A stretch of 54,762 nucleotides of DNA from Candidatus Heimdallarchaeota archaeon (GTDB taxonomy: Archaea; Asgardarchaeota; Heimdallarchaeia; Hodarchaeales; Hodarchaeaceae), in assembly GCA_048881705.1 (NCBI GenBank), contig JBHLSH010000015.1:1-54762 (forward strand), in the 5' to 3' direction. The notes beneath the pieces are model-generated. The model saw only the letters and a program-made list of their open reading frames with translations. It did no database searches and was not told the origin of the DNA. The position numbers were made by a program, and so were the translations under genes. Positions within the stretch are counted from its first letter, which is position 1. The number at the start of each line of letters is the position of its first letter. Below are positions 16,755 to 27,189 of the stretch, piece after piece.

Positions 16755-17731
16755 TGGAACTCACATTAGTCGAAGCAGTTCGTCTCGCCCTGGACGAAGA
16801 GATGGAGAGGAATGAGAAAGTCATTCTACTTGGTGAAGATATCGGCCCAAATGGAGGGGTTTTTCGGGCAACTCAAGGTCTGCTCGCAAAGTTTGGACCT
16901 GAACGAGTATTAGATACCCCATTAAATGAAAGCGGAATAATTGGATTCGCGGTAGGGATGGCGCTCTATGGATTAAGACCTGTCGCAGAAATTCAATTTA
17001 TTGATTTTATCTTCCCTGGGATGGATCAGATTGTTTCTGAAGTGGCAAAATTTAGATATCGAAGTGGCGGAATGTTCACCTGCCCAATGGTAATCCGATC
17101 ACCGTATGGAGGAGGAATTCGAGGTGCTCATTATCATAGCCAATCACCTGAAACATTTTTCACGCATACAGCGGGATTAAAGGTTGTAATTCCAAGTAAT
17201 CCGTATGATACAAAGGGATTGCTCACTTCCGCAATGAGAGACCCCGATCCTGTTTTGTTTATGGAACCAAAACGACTTTATCGAGCATTCAAAGAAGATG
17301 TCCCCACTGGGGAATATACGGTTCCAATTGGCAAGGGGACGATTTCACGAGAGGGTAACGATCTTACTTTGATTTCTTATGGTGCAATGTTACACGTAGC
17401 TTTGGAGGCAGCAGAACTTGCGGCTGAAAGGCTCAATATTGAATGTGAAGTGGTTGACTTACGATCATTGGTACCTCTTGACATTGAACTGATCGAGAGC
17501 TCAATAAAAAAGACTGGACGGGTTATCAGTGTTACAGAAGCCCCAAAAACAAGCGGATTTGGTGCAGAACTCTCAGCATTAGTTGCAGAGAGATGGATCG
17601 AGTATATGGAGGGCCCTATCCTTCGAATCACGGGTTTCGATACCCCTTTCCCGGGGCCGACTTTGGAATTGGAATATCTTCCATCCACACCCCGTGTATT
17701 TGAAGCCATTAAACGAATTTACAGTTATTAA
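16754..17731 (+). CDS. pdhB: 2-oxoacid dehydrogenase E1 beta
   Basis: GEDIG..GGVFRAT, DTPLNESGIIG, EIQFIDF, HSQSPE; start overlaps the pdhA stop. Confidence 0.95.
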   Translation: MELTLVEAVRLALDEEMERNEKVILLGEDIGPNGGVFRATQGLLAKFGPERVLDTPLNESGIIGFAVGMALYGLRPVAEIQFIDFIFPGMDQIVSEVAKFRYRSGGMFTCPMVIRSPYGGGIRGAHYHSQSPETFFTHTAGLKVVIPSNPYDTKGLLTSAMRDPDPVLFMEPKRLYRAFKEDVPTGEYTVPIGKGTISREGNDLTLISYGAMLHVALEAAELAAERLNIECEVVDLRSLVPLDIELIESSIKKTGRVISVTEAPKTSGFGAELSALVAERWIEYMEGPILRITGFDTPFPGPTLELEYLPSTPRVFEAIKRIYSY

Positions 17732-17749
17732 TGAATGGAGATTGGAACA

Positions 17750-19021
17750 ATGGTTTATGAGTTTAGGTTTGCAGATATTGGTGAAGGAGTCCATGAGGGC
17801 GAAATCTTGCAATGGCATGTTACGGAAGGAGATCAAGTTAAACAAGAACAACTTTTGGTAGAAATCATAACTGAAAAAGTTACTGTCGAAATCACTGCAC
17901 CAGTAGCAGGAACTGTTTTGTCATTAGAAAATAGGAAGGAAGGAGACATTGTAAAAGTCGGGGAAGTCTTAGTGAAAATTGATGATGTCGATGTTCCCAA
18001 ATCTAAAACAAAAAAAGTGCCGAAAAAAGAGCCTTCTAAGGCTGAAACAAAAGATGATTCCCTATTCACCGCTGCCGTACCCTTTAAGCGAACACAGCCA
18101 ATGAAAACCCAAACCAGAGTCGTTACAGAGCATCCTTTGGCCGCCCCCAGTATTCGCCGTGAAGCTCGCGAGAAGGATATTGATTTGAGGTATATCCAAG
18201 GATCCGGTTCTGGGGGACGAATTACCAGAAGTGATTTGGAGGCATATTTGAAAGCTGGTGGTGTCCCAAGCGCTGTTTCCAAGGATGTTGAGGCATTTAA
18301 ACCAAGAGAAGATCAAAGAGTTCCATTAAGGGGACTTCGACGAAATATAGCAAAAGCAATGCGTAAGTCAAAAGATACAGCTGCTCATTATACATATTTT
18401 GAAGAAGTAGACATGTCTATTCTCGAAGACCTTCGTCAAAAAGCGAAATCTCTTGCAGAAAAGTATGAGACGAGATTAACATATATCCCACTAATCATAA
18501 AATGCTTAATTCCTGCCCTACGTGAGTTTCCACAGTTTAATGCCCAACTTGATGATGAATCCGAGGAAATCGTGTTAAAGGGAGAACTTAATATCGGAAT
18601 TGCCGTAAACACTGACAATGGCCTAATAGTACCTGTTATTAAAAATGCCGACCGAAAAAATGTCTGGGAACTAGCAAAAGAAGTCAAAAGATTAGCAGAT
18701 AAAGCTAGAGCGGGAAAACTCACGTTAGATGAAGTCACTGGGGGAACTTTTACCATAACATCTACGGGTAACATTGGGGGGGTCATGGCTACCCCCATTA
18801 TTCGATGGCCTGAGGTTGCCATTCTGGGAGTTTTCCGAAGCAAGTTACGTCCTGTTGTAATAGAGAATAATGGAAGCCCCGAGATTGGGATTCGGCCTGT
18901 GATGTACATTGCTCTAACTCTGGATCATCGAGTTGTGGATGGTGCCGTGGGAGCTATGTTTACCAATACACTGATAAGATACATGGAGAATCCAGCACTC
19001 CTCCTATTGGACGAAATCTAA
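17750..19021 (+). CDS. pdhC: Dihydrolipoamide acyltransferase E2
   Basis: Lipoyl domain (EIITEKVTVEI), E3-binding domain (AAPSIRREAREK...GSGSGGRIT), catalytic DHRVVDG. Confidence 0.95.
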   Translation: MVYEFRFADIGEGVHEGEILQWHVTEGDQVKQEQLLVEIITEKVTVEITAPVAGTVLSLENRKEGDIVKVGEVLVKIDDVDVPKSKTKKVPKKEPSKAETKDDSLFTAAVPFKRTQPMKTQTRVVTEHPLAAPSIRREAREKDIDLRYIQGSGSGGRITRSDLEAYLKAGGVPSAVSKDVEAFKPREDQRVPLRGLRRNIAKAMRKSKDTAAHYTYFEEVDMSILEDLRQKAKSLAEKYETRLTYIPLIIKCLIPALREFPQFNAQLDDESEEIVLKGELNIGIAVNTDNGLIVPVIKNADRKNVWELAKEVKRLADKARAGKLTLDEVTGGTFTITSTGNIGGVMATPIIRWPEVAILGVFRSKLRPVVIENNGSPEIGIRPVMYIALTLDHRVVDGAVGAMFTNTLIRYMENPALLLLDEI

Positions 19022-19039
19022 TTTATAGGAAGGAAAGTA

Positions 19040-20467
19040 TTGAAACAAACAGCAGATGTTATTATATTGGGTGCAGGTCCAGGTGGTTATCCTGCTGCAA
19101 TTAGAGCAGCCCAGTTAGGCAAAAAAGTTGTTATCATTGACAAAGGCACTATTGGAGGAGAATGTTTAAACTGGGGTTGTATCCCAAGTAAAGCACTAAT
19201 CTCAGCGGCAAACTTTTATCATAAAGCTACCGTTGATGCAGTTAAAATGGGAATCAACATAGAAAACGTTTCTGTTGATGTCCAAAAGCTGCAAAAATGG
19301 AAATGGGATGTTCAAACTAAACTCATAAACGGCATAAAACAGTTACTAAAAGGAAACAAGGTCACAACGGTAATAGGAACAGCTAGCTTCTTAGATAGCC
19401 ACACTGTGGAAATTCTTACCAATAACGGGGAGAAAAATGTCATCGCTGGGCAACATATAATTATTGCAATCGGAACGGAGTTTATCTCTCTTCCTGGCTT
19501 CCAAATCGATGAAGAAAGTATTTTATCTGCCAAGGGAGCTCTCAATCTAACGAAAATCCCCGAAGAAATGCTAATCATTGGCGGAGGAGTGATAGGTATG
19601 GAGCTAGGAATGGTTTATGCCAAATTTGGTGCCAAAATTACTGTCGTCGAATTATTGCCCGATATTTTGCCAGGAATCGAACCACGGATAACAGCATTGA
19701 TCAAAAGACGTTTCAAGGACCTTAAAGCTGATATATTCACGAATTCAAAAGCAACTTCAGTTACTAAAAGGAAATCTGGAAAATTGGAAGTTAAAATTGA
19801 AACAAAAGACCAAACGATCCTCAAAACGTTTGATAAGATTTTATTGTCAGTAGGCAAAAGATCAAACACATCCAGTCTTAATCTCAAAGTAACAGGCGTA
19901 AAAACCGATGAAAAAGGCTTTATCAAGGTAAATAAGCGATTACAAACTAACATACCCAATATCTATGCAATCGGCGATTGCACTGGTATGCCTTTTACCG
20001 CTCATAAAGCAACCAAGCAGGGCATTGTTGCAGCAGAGGTAGCAGCTGGTCTTGAAAGTGAAGCTGATTTCAAAGCTCTCAATGTCGGAGCCATTTTCAC
20101 GGATCCTGAAATATCCTTCGTTGGAATGAACGAGACGGAGGCCAAAGAAGCAGGTTATCAAGTCAGGAATGGGATTGCTCGTTTTGGTACCTCGGGACGG
20201 GCATTAACCCACCTTTCCACTGATGGATTTGTTAAAGTTGTATCAAATGCAGAAAATGGTGTAATTCTTGGAGTCCAAATAGTTGGCCCTGATGCTTCAG
20301 ACCTGATTAGTGAGGCATCGCTAGCCCTAGAAATGGGGGCAACTGTTGAAGATATCGGATGGACTGTACATCCTCACCCTACATTACCTGAAATGGTTAT
20401 GGAAGCTGCGGATACAGTTTTAGGAAAAGCAATTCATCAGGTAAATCTAACTCCGCGAAATAGATAG
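19040..20467 (+). CDS. lpdA: Dihydrolipoamide dehydrogenase E3
   Basis: GAGPGGY, GGECLNWGCIPSK, GGGVIG, HPHPTLPE. Confidence 0.96.
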   Translation: MKQTADVIILGAGPGGYPAAIRAAQLGKKVVIIDKGTIGGECLNWGCIPSKALISAANFYHKATVDAVKMGINIENVSVDVQKLQKWKWDVQTKLINGIKQLLKGNKVTTVIGTASFLDSHTVEILTNNGEKNVIAGQHIIIAIGTEFISLPGFQIDEESILSAKGALNLTKIPEEMLIIGGGVIGMELGMVYAKFGAKITVVELLPDILPGIEPRITALIKRRFKDLKADIFTNSKATSVTKRKSGKLEVKIETKDQTILKTFDKILLSVGKRSNTSSLNLKVTGVKTDEKGFIKVNKRLQTNIPNIYAIGDCTGMPFTAHKATKQGIVAAEVAAGLESEADFKALNVGAIFTDPEISFVGMNETEAKEAGYQVRNGIARFGTSGRALTHLSTDGFVKVVSNAENGVILGVQIVGPDASDLISEASLALEMGATVEDIGWTVHPHPTLPEMVMEAADTVLGKAIHQVNLTPRNR

Positions 20468-20518
20468 GAGAGCAAGTTTACTCTTCCTTTGGATACCATA
20501 AAGATTCATTTCGCGGAT

Positions 20519-21283
20519 TTAATGCCCTCTGATTCCATCGAAAATCCACGTTTGCTTTGAATACATTTTATCTGACAGTTCTCGGGCAATTTCATCTTCT
20601 TCAGGTTTTAGGAAAACGGTCTTGAGTTCACACTGAAAAATATCTCTTAATCCAGCATATAAAGTAGATTGCCATTTTGATAGGTTAAAGTTGGGTAGAT
20701 TGGCTGTTGGAAAATAGTTACTACGTCTTTTATGCTTTGGACCGTATTTTGCTGGATCACATACAGCTTCTAAGTTCTTAAGATTGACAGAATGCAATAA
20801 AGTGGCATGATGCAGGACTTTTCCCTTTGAAAAATAGCCCGCCGATCCAGAGATTTTTCTTCCTTTGTATAAGATGTTGGTTGATCCCATTTTCTCAAGA
20901 TTTTGATATCCGGTCTCATTTAGAGTTTTTGTCAGTATATCCGTGAAGAATTCTGTAACTTCAGGTACTTTGGCATGTTTGGACAAAGGAAGCCAGTTTT
21001 TCAAAACAAAAAAAGAGACATTAAGGGACCCTGAATCCTGAAAAACCGTCCCCCCACCAGAAATTCGCCTCCCAATGGGAATATTATTCGCTTTGCAATA
21101 TTCCAGATCTACCTCTTCTTCAATTCTCTGGCTTCGACCAACTATTACTGAAGGCAGGTTGTACCAAAAGCGAATGATTAGACAATTATCAGCAGGCGTT
21201 AAGGTCTGGAGAAGTACTTGTTCCAAAGCGAGGTTATAATTCAGGTCTGAAGAATTTGTGGCGAGAATTCTGGCAGTTCGCAT
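20519..21283 (-). CDS. lplA: Lipoate-protein ligase catalytic domain (LplA-N/LipM-like)
   Basis: RRISGGGTVFQD, GRKISGSA, HHATLL; lacks the C-terminal LplB-like domain. Confidence 0.88.
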   Translation of the reverse strand: MRTARILATNSSDLNYNLALEQVLLQTLTPADNCLIIRFWYNLPSVIVGRSQRIEEEVDLEYCKANNIPIGRRISGGGTVFQDSGSLNVSFFVLKNWLPLSKHAKVPEVTEFFTDILTKTLNETGYQNLEKMGSTNILYKGRKISGSAGYFSKGKVLHHATLLHSVNLKNLEAVCDPAKYGPKHKRRSNYFPTANLPNFNLSKWQSTLYAGLRDIFQCELKTVFLKPEEDEIARELSDKMYSKQTWIFDGIRGH

Positions 21284-21431
21284 GCGTTCCTCCTCGGTAT
21301 GTTAACCAATCAAAAGAATTTCGCATCCAGGCCTTCTTAGGTAGTTAAGGCCATCTAGTACATGAAACATCTTCGCGTTGCCATGAAATAGACACCAAAT
21401 AGCGGAGGTTCTGAATTGATAAAAGAAGGCG

Positions 21432-22385
21432 TTAGCTAGAAAGGGTGGACCAGCGCTGGGTGTGAGATTGATAATGAACTTGATCCTCCTTCTCTAATTC
21501 GTTGAGAAACGCAACAACAGTACTTTCTGCAACCCCAAGCTCCTTGAAAGGTGTACTCCAAGAGATACCGAGGATCTTTTGATATTCCTCAGCCAAATAA
21601 AATGCCTTCGCTTCTCCGGCGCCAACCAAAAGGTCGAAAATGGTATCCTTGGTATGTGTATGTTCGAATTTTAGGTTATGCACATATAGATCTAGTGGCT
21701 TGGGTACAGGGCTTTGGTGAGTAGGGCATATTATTTCCGTTTTCAGCTGAGCTAGAAGGTTAAGAACACGTAATCTGCGTTCAGAGCTCCCGGTGCCGTC
21801 AATAAAAAAAGAAGCAAGCTGATCAGGATATATATTAGCCTCATCGCCAATGAAAGTGCATCCACTACGATATGCCTGGACAATGATAGAATCCATGGAA
21901 TGTCCCCCTGTGTGTTGTAATATCAACTGTTCTCCTCCAAGATCCAGTGTCTCACTGCCGCTGATTGGTTGAAGGATTTCTTCTTCCACCTTACCGATTT
22001 TTGAAAAGAGAGGGCTCTTGATTGCTAGCGAAAATTTTGATAGATTAGGGAATTGCTTGCTCAGAATGAACTCTTTTCCTTTAGTTAACGCCTCCTGGCC
22101 AGATTCATGGAGGACGACCCGTGGTTTGATTTTTCGCATCGAATCCAATCCAGCCCAATGATCAGGATGAGTATGGGTTAGCACAAGGTAAGAAATGTCA
22201 GAAGGATCACGTCCTGCACGTTTGACGAATGAAATGATCTTTTTTCCTAACCCACGGGACGGAAGGTCAACAATCGCGATTTTTTCGTCACCTAAGATCA
22301 AATAGCTTGCGTATTCAACACCTTGGTTTCCGATATCGTCAACTACCCTGTATACGCCAGGAGCCCATTCGACAAAATCACTCAT
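21432..22385 (-). CDS. MBL-fold metallo-hydrolase with C-terminal wH-like tail
   Basis: THTHPDH, TGGHS, FIGD, CPTH. Confidence 0.88.
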   Translation of the reverse strand: MSDFVEWAPGVYRVVDDIGNQGVEYASYLILGDEKIAIVDLPSRGLGKKIISFVKRAGRDPSDISYLVLTHTHPDHWAGLDSMRKIKPRVVLHESGQEALTKGKEFILSKQFPNLSKFSLAIKSPLFSKIGKVEEEILQPISGSETLDLGGEQLILQHTGGHSMDSIIVQAYRSGCTFIGDEANIYPDQLASFFIDGTGSSERRLRVLNLLAQLKTEIICPTHQSPVPKPLDLYVHNLKFEHTHTKDTIFDLLVGAGEAKAFYLAEEYQKILGISWSTPFKELGVAESTVVAFLNELEKEDQVHYQSHTQRWSTLSS

Positions 22386-22718
22386 CTGTTTTCACCATGT
22401 CTAAAGTTAGGAATCATGTGATTCGGTATTCTTCTTCCCGAAGATCGTCCACTGTTGCTCACCCACTAAATATATTGATATATCATAAGATTTTTTATCT
22501 AGCGGAAGGTAATTTGGTGAAGTAAGGCAATTTATAAAAATCAGTTAGAAGAGGTGAGCGTTATCCAATAGAAAGCTCATCTAGTTCCTCCATTGCCTTT
22601 CATGAATCATCCCAGTCTAAATCGTATTTGATAAGTTATCTTAACAAGAAAACAGAGATAATAGTGTCGTCTTGAGAATTACTGTAATCAGAGAACTTAC
22701 CGAGGTGTTGTATAAAAA

Positions 22719-23735
22719 ATGAAAATCGAGGACCTAATTGATAAAGGCATGATTCCGATCATAGATCCCTCAACACCAGATAGTCCTGCCCACGAGGGTG
22801 CTAATGCCTTTCTCGCTGAGTATGGCGGATTTGTTGAAGAAGTGGCTATTGTTTGCAAGAAAGAGGATGGTATGGTGACATATCGAAGTGCTGTGGCACC
22901 TAGTGATCGAATATACGAGAACTTCTTCACTGATTTTACGGAACTTGCGAATGATCTGGGGATGAAATGTCATGCACTAGCGTATGCCTATGGGGATTCC
23001 TTCATGGGTAACATCCCTGAATATGCCATCGCTAGATCGGATGGCACCAGTATTCACTCCTATGTGGATCCAGCAATGGATGCATACTGGAAACATCTGA
23101 TGGCCATAGCTCAGGAGGTTGCTCGAAAGCCTATCCATTCTCTAATATTTCAGGAATTTCTTTTCCCTAGGCAGGAATATCCGTTTTCAAGGCGGGCTAT
23201 CAGAAAATTCTCGGAAATTTCAGGTGTGAGTTTTGATACAACATACTTGGATATTCAACGTGATCCCTCAGTCCAACGGATGTTTGAAGAATGGAGATCT
23301 AATCTTATTACGACCGCATTTCGAGAAACCGCAGATCTGGCTCGAAGTGAGCAACCAGGGCTCGACATAGCCATGGTGGTACCAGTAGATCCAGAAACGG
23401 AATGGAACACCGGATATAACCGACATTTTGGGATTAATCTCGACAAGATCATAGAGGTAAGTGGATACGTAATTTACCAAATCATGCCTTATTCACCCAT
23501 GTATCCGGAACCCGGGAGCCCAGGATGGGATACTCTGACCAGGGCTTTGCGTAGTTCAGCCCTTTATGAAGGTACGGGTTACAAAAAAGCTCTTCTCGTG
23601 TGGGGATTAGCAAATGAGGAAGAAATTGACTGGATAGATCGGTTGAAAGAAGAAATTAATGCTGAGAGAGTTTTTGGTCGCCTTGATCACCCTCCAAAGT
23701 ACACGGAAAAACGGGAAATCCATCGAGGCGTCTAG
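22719..23735 (+). CDS. Putative glycoside-hydrolase-like TIM-barrel protein (GHL10/DUF4015-like)
   Basis: F..L...A...GMK.HA, YVDP....YW..L..IA.EV, WRSNLIT..F pattern; family call by eye. Confidence 0.5.
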   Translation: MKIEDLIDKGMIPIIDPSTPDSPAHEGANAFLAEYGGFVEEVAIVCKKEDGMVTYRSAVAPSDRIYENFFTDFTELANDLGMKCHALAYAYGDSFMGNIPEYAIARSDGTSIHSYVDPAMDAYWKHLMAIAQEVARKPIHSLIFQEFLFPRQEYPFSRRAIRKFSEISGVSFDTTYLDIQRDPSVQRMFEEWRSNLITTAFRETADLARSEQPGLDIAMVVPVDPETEWNTGYNRHFGINLDKIIEVSGYVIYQIMPYSPMYPEPGSPGWDTLTRALRSSALYEGTGYKKALLVWGLANEEEIDWIDRLKEEINAERVFGRLDHPPKYTEKREIHRGV

Positions 23736-23743
23736 CGCTTTAG

Positions 23744-24244
23744 CTAGTATCTTTGCCCCCAATGAGCGTATCTATTGATATAATCCTTAACCTGCCGATA
23801 GAATTCCGAACGATCTTTCTTCCATTGTCGGGCGGCAAGATTGTTAAGCGGATCATCAGGATTTGGGCTCGTTAAAAGGAATCTCAAGGTTTCTACAACC
23901 TGAACCAAAGAGTAAGCGGGACTCCATTCCTTACCCAAAATTCCCACGCAAACACGCTCTTTATGGATATTTACATGCCAAATTGGGGTCTTAAATCGTA
24001 CCTTTGGGGGCTGAAAGGGATACTCCCGTGGGATCTTGATCTCTATGAAGAAAACTCCTCCTTCGTATAGGCCTGATCCAAGAATTTCTCCGCGGAAGTG
24101 GGTGAGGTCTCGTTCAACCGGAGAGAAAGTAGGTTGTTCGCGAGAAAGTTCCTGTGCTTCGATCGCGAGACGATCCAGCCACTCTTCTTTGGTTAGCATA
24201 TGACATAACTCTGAGGAAACTGTACCCTTGACTACCCTAAGCAT
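23744..24244 (-). CDS. Ubiquitin-conjugating enzyme E2
   Basis: YEGGVFFIEIKIPREYPFQPPKVRFKTPIWHVNI...VCVGIL...WSPA...PNPDDPLN with catalytic Cys; alternative start 24199. Confidence 0.95.
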   Translation of the reverse strand: MLRVVKGTVSSELCHMLTKEEWLDRLAIEAQELSREQPTFSPVERDLTHFRGEILGSGLYEGGVFFIEIKIPREYPFQPPKVRFKTPIWHVNIHKERVCVGILGKEWSPAYSLVQVVETLRFLLTSPNPDDPLNNLAARQWKKDRSEFYRQVKDYINRYAHWGQRY

Positions 24245-24406
24245 AACACCTGAAAACTTTTATTCTTGTTCATTCTATTCTTTTTGAGAAGTCTTAAAAT
24301 TGACTTTTTAATCAATCACTAGAAGATTGGAAACAAGATAAAATCAGAATTCAGTATAAGTAATTGAGGATTACATCTCTTTTTTTTTTGTACACGTCAC
24401 AGAGGT

Positions 24407-24718
24407 TTGACAGAAATGAGTCAGGCGTATTTGGAAGTTGTCGAACGCTTTATCAAACTCCAAAATCTTATCAATGAAGACGATAAAGATATGCGAAGAA
24501 AACCAAAGAAAGTGGCCCGAATTGCCTCCATGTTGGCCATGGCAAGTCTACATTCTAATTTTTCCCTTGATAAGCAATATGCAGTCTATAAAGCAATGAT
24601 TCAGACCATGAGTGAGGAAATTCCTAACTTCAGAGCTTTAGGTGATTCAGTGGACGACATCGCGGCCAATTTAATTCTTGCATCGGAGTTAAACAAGCGA
24701 CTACGTCTTAAAAGATAA
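24407..24718 (+). CDS. Hypothetical helical protein
   Basis: 103-aa ORF divergent from E2; no motif. Confidence 0.6.
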   Translation: MTEMSQAYLEVVERFIKLQNLINEDDKDMRRKPKKVARIASMLAMASLHSNFSLDKQYAVYKAMIQTMSEEIPNFRALGDSVDDIAANLILASELNKRLRLKR

Positions 24719-24886
24719 CATTGTCACCTTGCAATTCTTCTACTCCGACCATAGTAAGTATTCTTCTCTAGCTGTGCCAAATTATCCATTATTCACCTTA
24801 GAATAAATAATCCAATTTCGTACGTGGTGGACTAGTTACCCTAGTGACTGTCAAAACCCATTTATATAATTGCTCAGGAGAAACAA

Positions 24887-24934
24887 ATGAGGCAAAAAAC
24901 AATGTGGGATTGCCAAATGCTTTATATTTCATGA
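24887..24934 (+). other. Candidate Met-rich leader micro-ORF (MRQKTMWDCQMLYIS) upstream of metG
   Basis: TATA-like tttatataa at 24861, ATG 24887, 3 Met codons in 15, followed by a T7 tract and a 9-bp inverted repeat. Confidence 0.25.
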
Positions 24935-25035
24935 ATTACCTCTTTTTTTAAAGCAATCCCATCTTGTTCAGAACCAAACCCTTGTTCATGCAAGGCTGCT
25001 TATTTTAAAACTATTTAGTGTACTCTCTATAGGTT

Positions 25036-27138
25036 GTGATAAATATGGAAGATTTAAATGGTAAGAAATACGTTATATGTCCCGCCTGGCCCTATATAAA
25101 CTTCGATTCTACTGGGGCCTTACACCTGGGCTCACTATTACATCTATTAAGTGCAGATGTTTATGTACGGTATTTGAAATTAAGAGGAGCAGATGTGATT
25201 TCGGCCACGGGATCAGATTGCCATGGAACACCCATTGAAGTAGCGGCTTTGAAGGAAGGAATCACTCCAAAGGAATTGGTAGAAAGAAACCACGCTAGAA
25301 CTCTAGAATTGCTGACGGAATGGAATATCGATTTAAATTACTCAAAAACCGCGAATTCCTTTCATCATTCGTTTGTTCAGGATTTTTATCGCCGCTGTTT
25401 TGAAAATGGTTATATCTTCAAAAAAACAATTGACCAACTTTACTGTGAAACAGATCGACGTTTTTTACCTGATCGTTTCGTTGAGGGAACGTGTCCTTAT
25501 TGCGGTGCGGATGATGCACGGGGAGATCAATGTGACGGATCCTGTGGAAAACCGCTAACTCCGACTGAGCTTATTAATCCTCGCTGTAAGCTTTGCGGGA
25601 ATGCGCCAAAAGTGAAAAAAACGACCCAATGGTATTATAATTTCGCTGCTTTTCAGGAAAAGTTAGTAAAATACATTCAGAACAATCCCCATCTCCCTGA
25701 AAATGCCCGGAATTTTTCGGAACAGATTCTGGAGGAAGGAATTCAAGCTCGCACATTGACCAGAGATCTAGATTGGGGGATTCCTGCAGAAAAGGCCATC
25801 CCTGAAGCGAAGGGAAAAACTATTTATGTGTGGTTGGATGCGGTATTGGGGTATGTTTCCGCGTCTGCTGAACTGGGAGTCAATGAACACGATGATAATG
25901 AGTTTTGGAAGCAGTATTGGTTAGATCAGGAGACTCGGACTGTTTTTTTCATTGGAAAGGATAACATCTTTTTCCACACACTCCTCCTACCTGCCCTATT
26001 ATTGGGTACGGAGGAAAGTTACGGAAAACCCTTTGTTTTACCACATAATGTAAGTACGACTGAGTTCCTGAACTTCGAGGAATTAAAGTTTAGTAAATCT
26101 AAGGGGATTGGTGTATGGATTGATGATGCAGCCAATCTTCTCCCTACGGATTATTGGAGATACTATCTTGTGGCAACACGTCCAGAAACCAAGGATTACT
26201 CATTCACTTGGGAGGACTTCGAGCAACGGATTAACACTGATTTGAACGATGTTTTTGGTAACTATGTGCATAGAGTGTTAGTTTTGGTTCAGAAATATTG
26301 TGAGGGGATACTCCCTGAAAATCATCGTCTTGACGAGGTGGATAAGGAATTCGTATCCGCAATCCACCATACTCCTGAACTCGTCGCTGAACATTTCGAC
26401 CGTTACGAATATAAAAAAGCCATAGGAGCCGTTGTTGACTTCGCTCGAAAGTCAAACACCTACCTCAGTACGAAAGAACCGTGGAAACTTGTGAAAACTG
26501 ATTTTGCGTCTACTGAGACCACGCTATTCTTGTGTGTACAATCATTGGTAACATTAAGTATCCTCAGTTCTCCCGTTCTTCCAGAAGCGTCTGAGAAAAT
26601 TTGGCAGGCACTCGGACTGGAAGGATCGGCGGCAGAACAGACATTTGAGGAAGCGGGCAAGTTGAAGCTAAACCCAGGGATCAAAATTCATTCTATAGAG
26701 CCCCTATTTGCCAAAGTTGAGTCCGCCGTGTTAATACAAAAATTGGAAGAAATACATGCATCCAAAGATACGATTAACAAGGAAGTGAAAACCTTCGATC
26801 AAAAAATCCCCATCGTAACACTGGAAGAATTCCAGAGATTGGATATCCGAATTGGAACTATTGTTCATGTCGAAAAAGTTCCCAAAACGGAACGATTGCT
26901 CAAACTTAAAGTAGATCTTGGCCCTGAAATCGGGGAACGCCAATTAGTGGCAGGCCTAGCTGAATTCAGAAAACCCGAAGATTTAATAGGTCAAAAAATC
27001 ACTGTCATCGTCAATTTGCAACCTACTACCATCAGGGGGGCCCAATCTGAAGGGATGTTACTCGCTGCCACCTCTGACAATCAACTTGGCCTCCTGGCGC
27101 CGGATGCGGATATTCCAAACGGGGCGAAAGTCAGTTAA
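25036..27138 (+). CDS. metG: Methionyl-tRNA synthetase with C-terminal tRNA-binding (Trbp111-like) domain
   Basis: HLGS (HIGH), G.D.HG.PI, Zn knuckles, YVWLDA, GKDNIFFH, KFSKS, LDIRIG...SEGMLLA. Start GTG 25036 or ATG 25045. Confidence 0.97.
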   Translation: MINMEDLNGKKYVICPAWPYINFDSTGALHLGSLLHLLSADVYVRYLKLRGADVISATGSDCHGTPIEVAALKEGITPKELVERNHARTLELLTEWNIDLNYSKTANSFHHSFVQDFYRRCFENGYIFKKTIDQLYCETDRRFLPDRFVEGTCPYCGADDARGDQCDGSCGKPLTPTELINPRCKLCGNAPKVKKTTQWYYNFAAFQEKLVKYIQNNPHLPENARNFSEQILEEGIQARTLTRDLDWGIPAEKAIPEAKGKTIYVWLDAVLGYVSASAELGVNEHDDNEFWKQYWLDQETRTVFFIGKDNIFFHTLLLPALLLGTEESYGKPFVLPHNVSTTEFLNFEELKFSKSKGIGVWIDDAANLLPTDYWRYYLVATRPETKDYSFTWEDFEQRINTDLNDVFGNYVHRVLVLVQKYCEGILPENHRLDEVDKEFVSAIHHTPELVAEHFDRYEYKKAIGAVVDFARKSNTYLSTKEPWKLVKTDFASTETTLFLCVQSLVTLSILSSPVLPEASEKIWQALGLEGSAAEQTFEEAGKLKLNPGIKIHSIEPLFAKVESAVLIQKLEEIHASKDTINKEVKTFDQKIPIVTLEEFQRLDIRIGTIVHVEKVPKTERLLKLKVDLGPEIGERQLVAGLAEFRKPEDLIGQKITVIVNLQPTTIRGAQSEGMLLAATSDNQLGLLAPDADIPNGAKVS

Positions 27139-27189
27139 AACCACTATCTGTCTCCGTTCTAGAATCAAGACAATCCGCTATTTTGGGCA

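Noticed and set aside
17833-18909. Long antisense ORFs (149 and 157 aa) inside pdhC, and similar shadow ORFs in vps4, aIF5B, RPA and EF-2
   Set aside because: They lie fully opposite well-conserved genes and have no motifs; these are typical antisense shadows.
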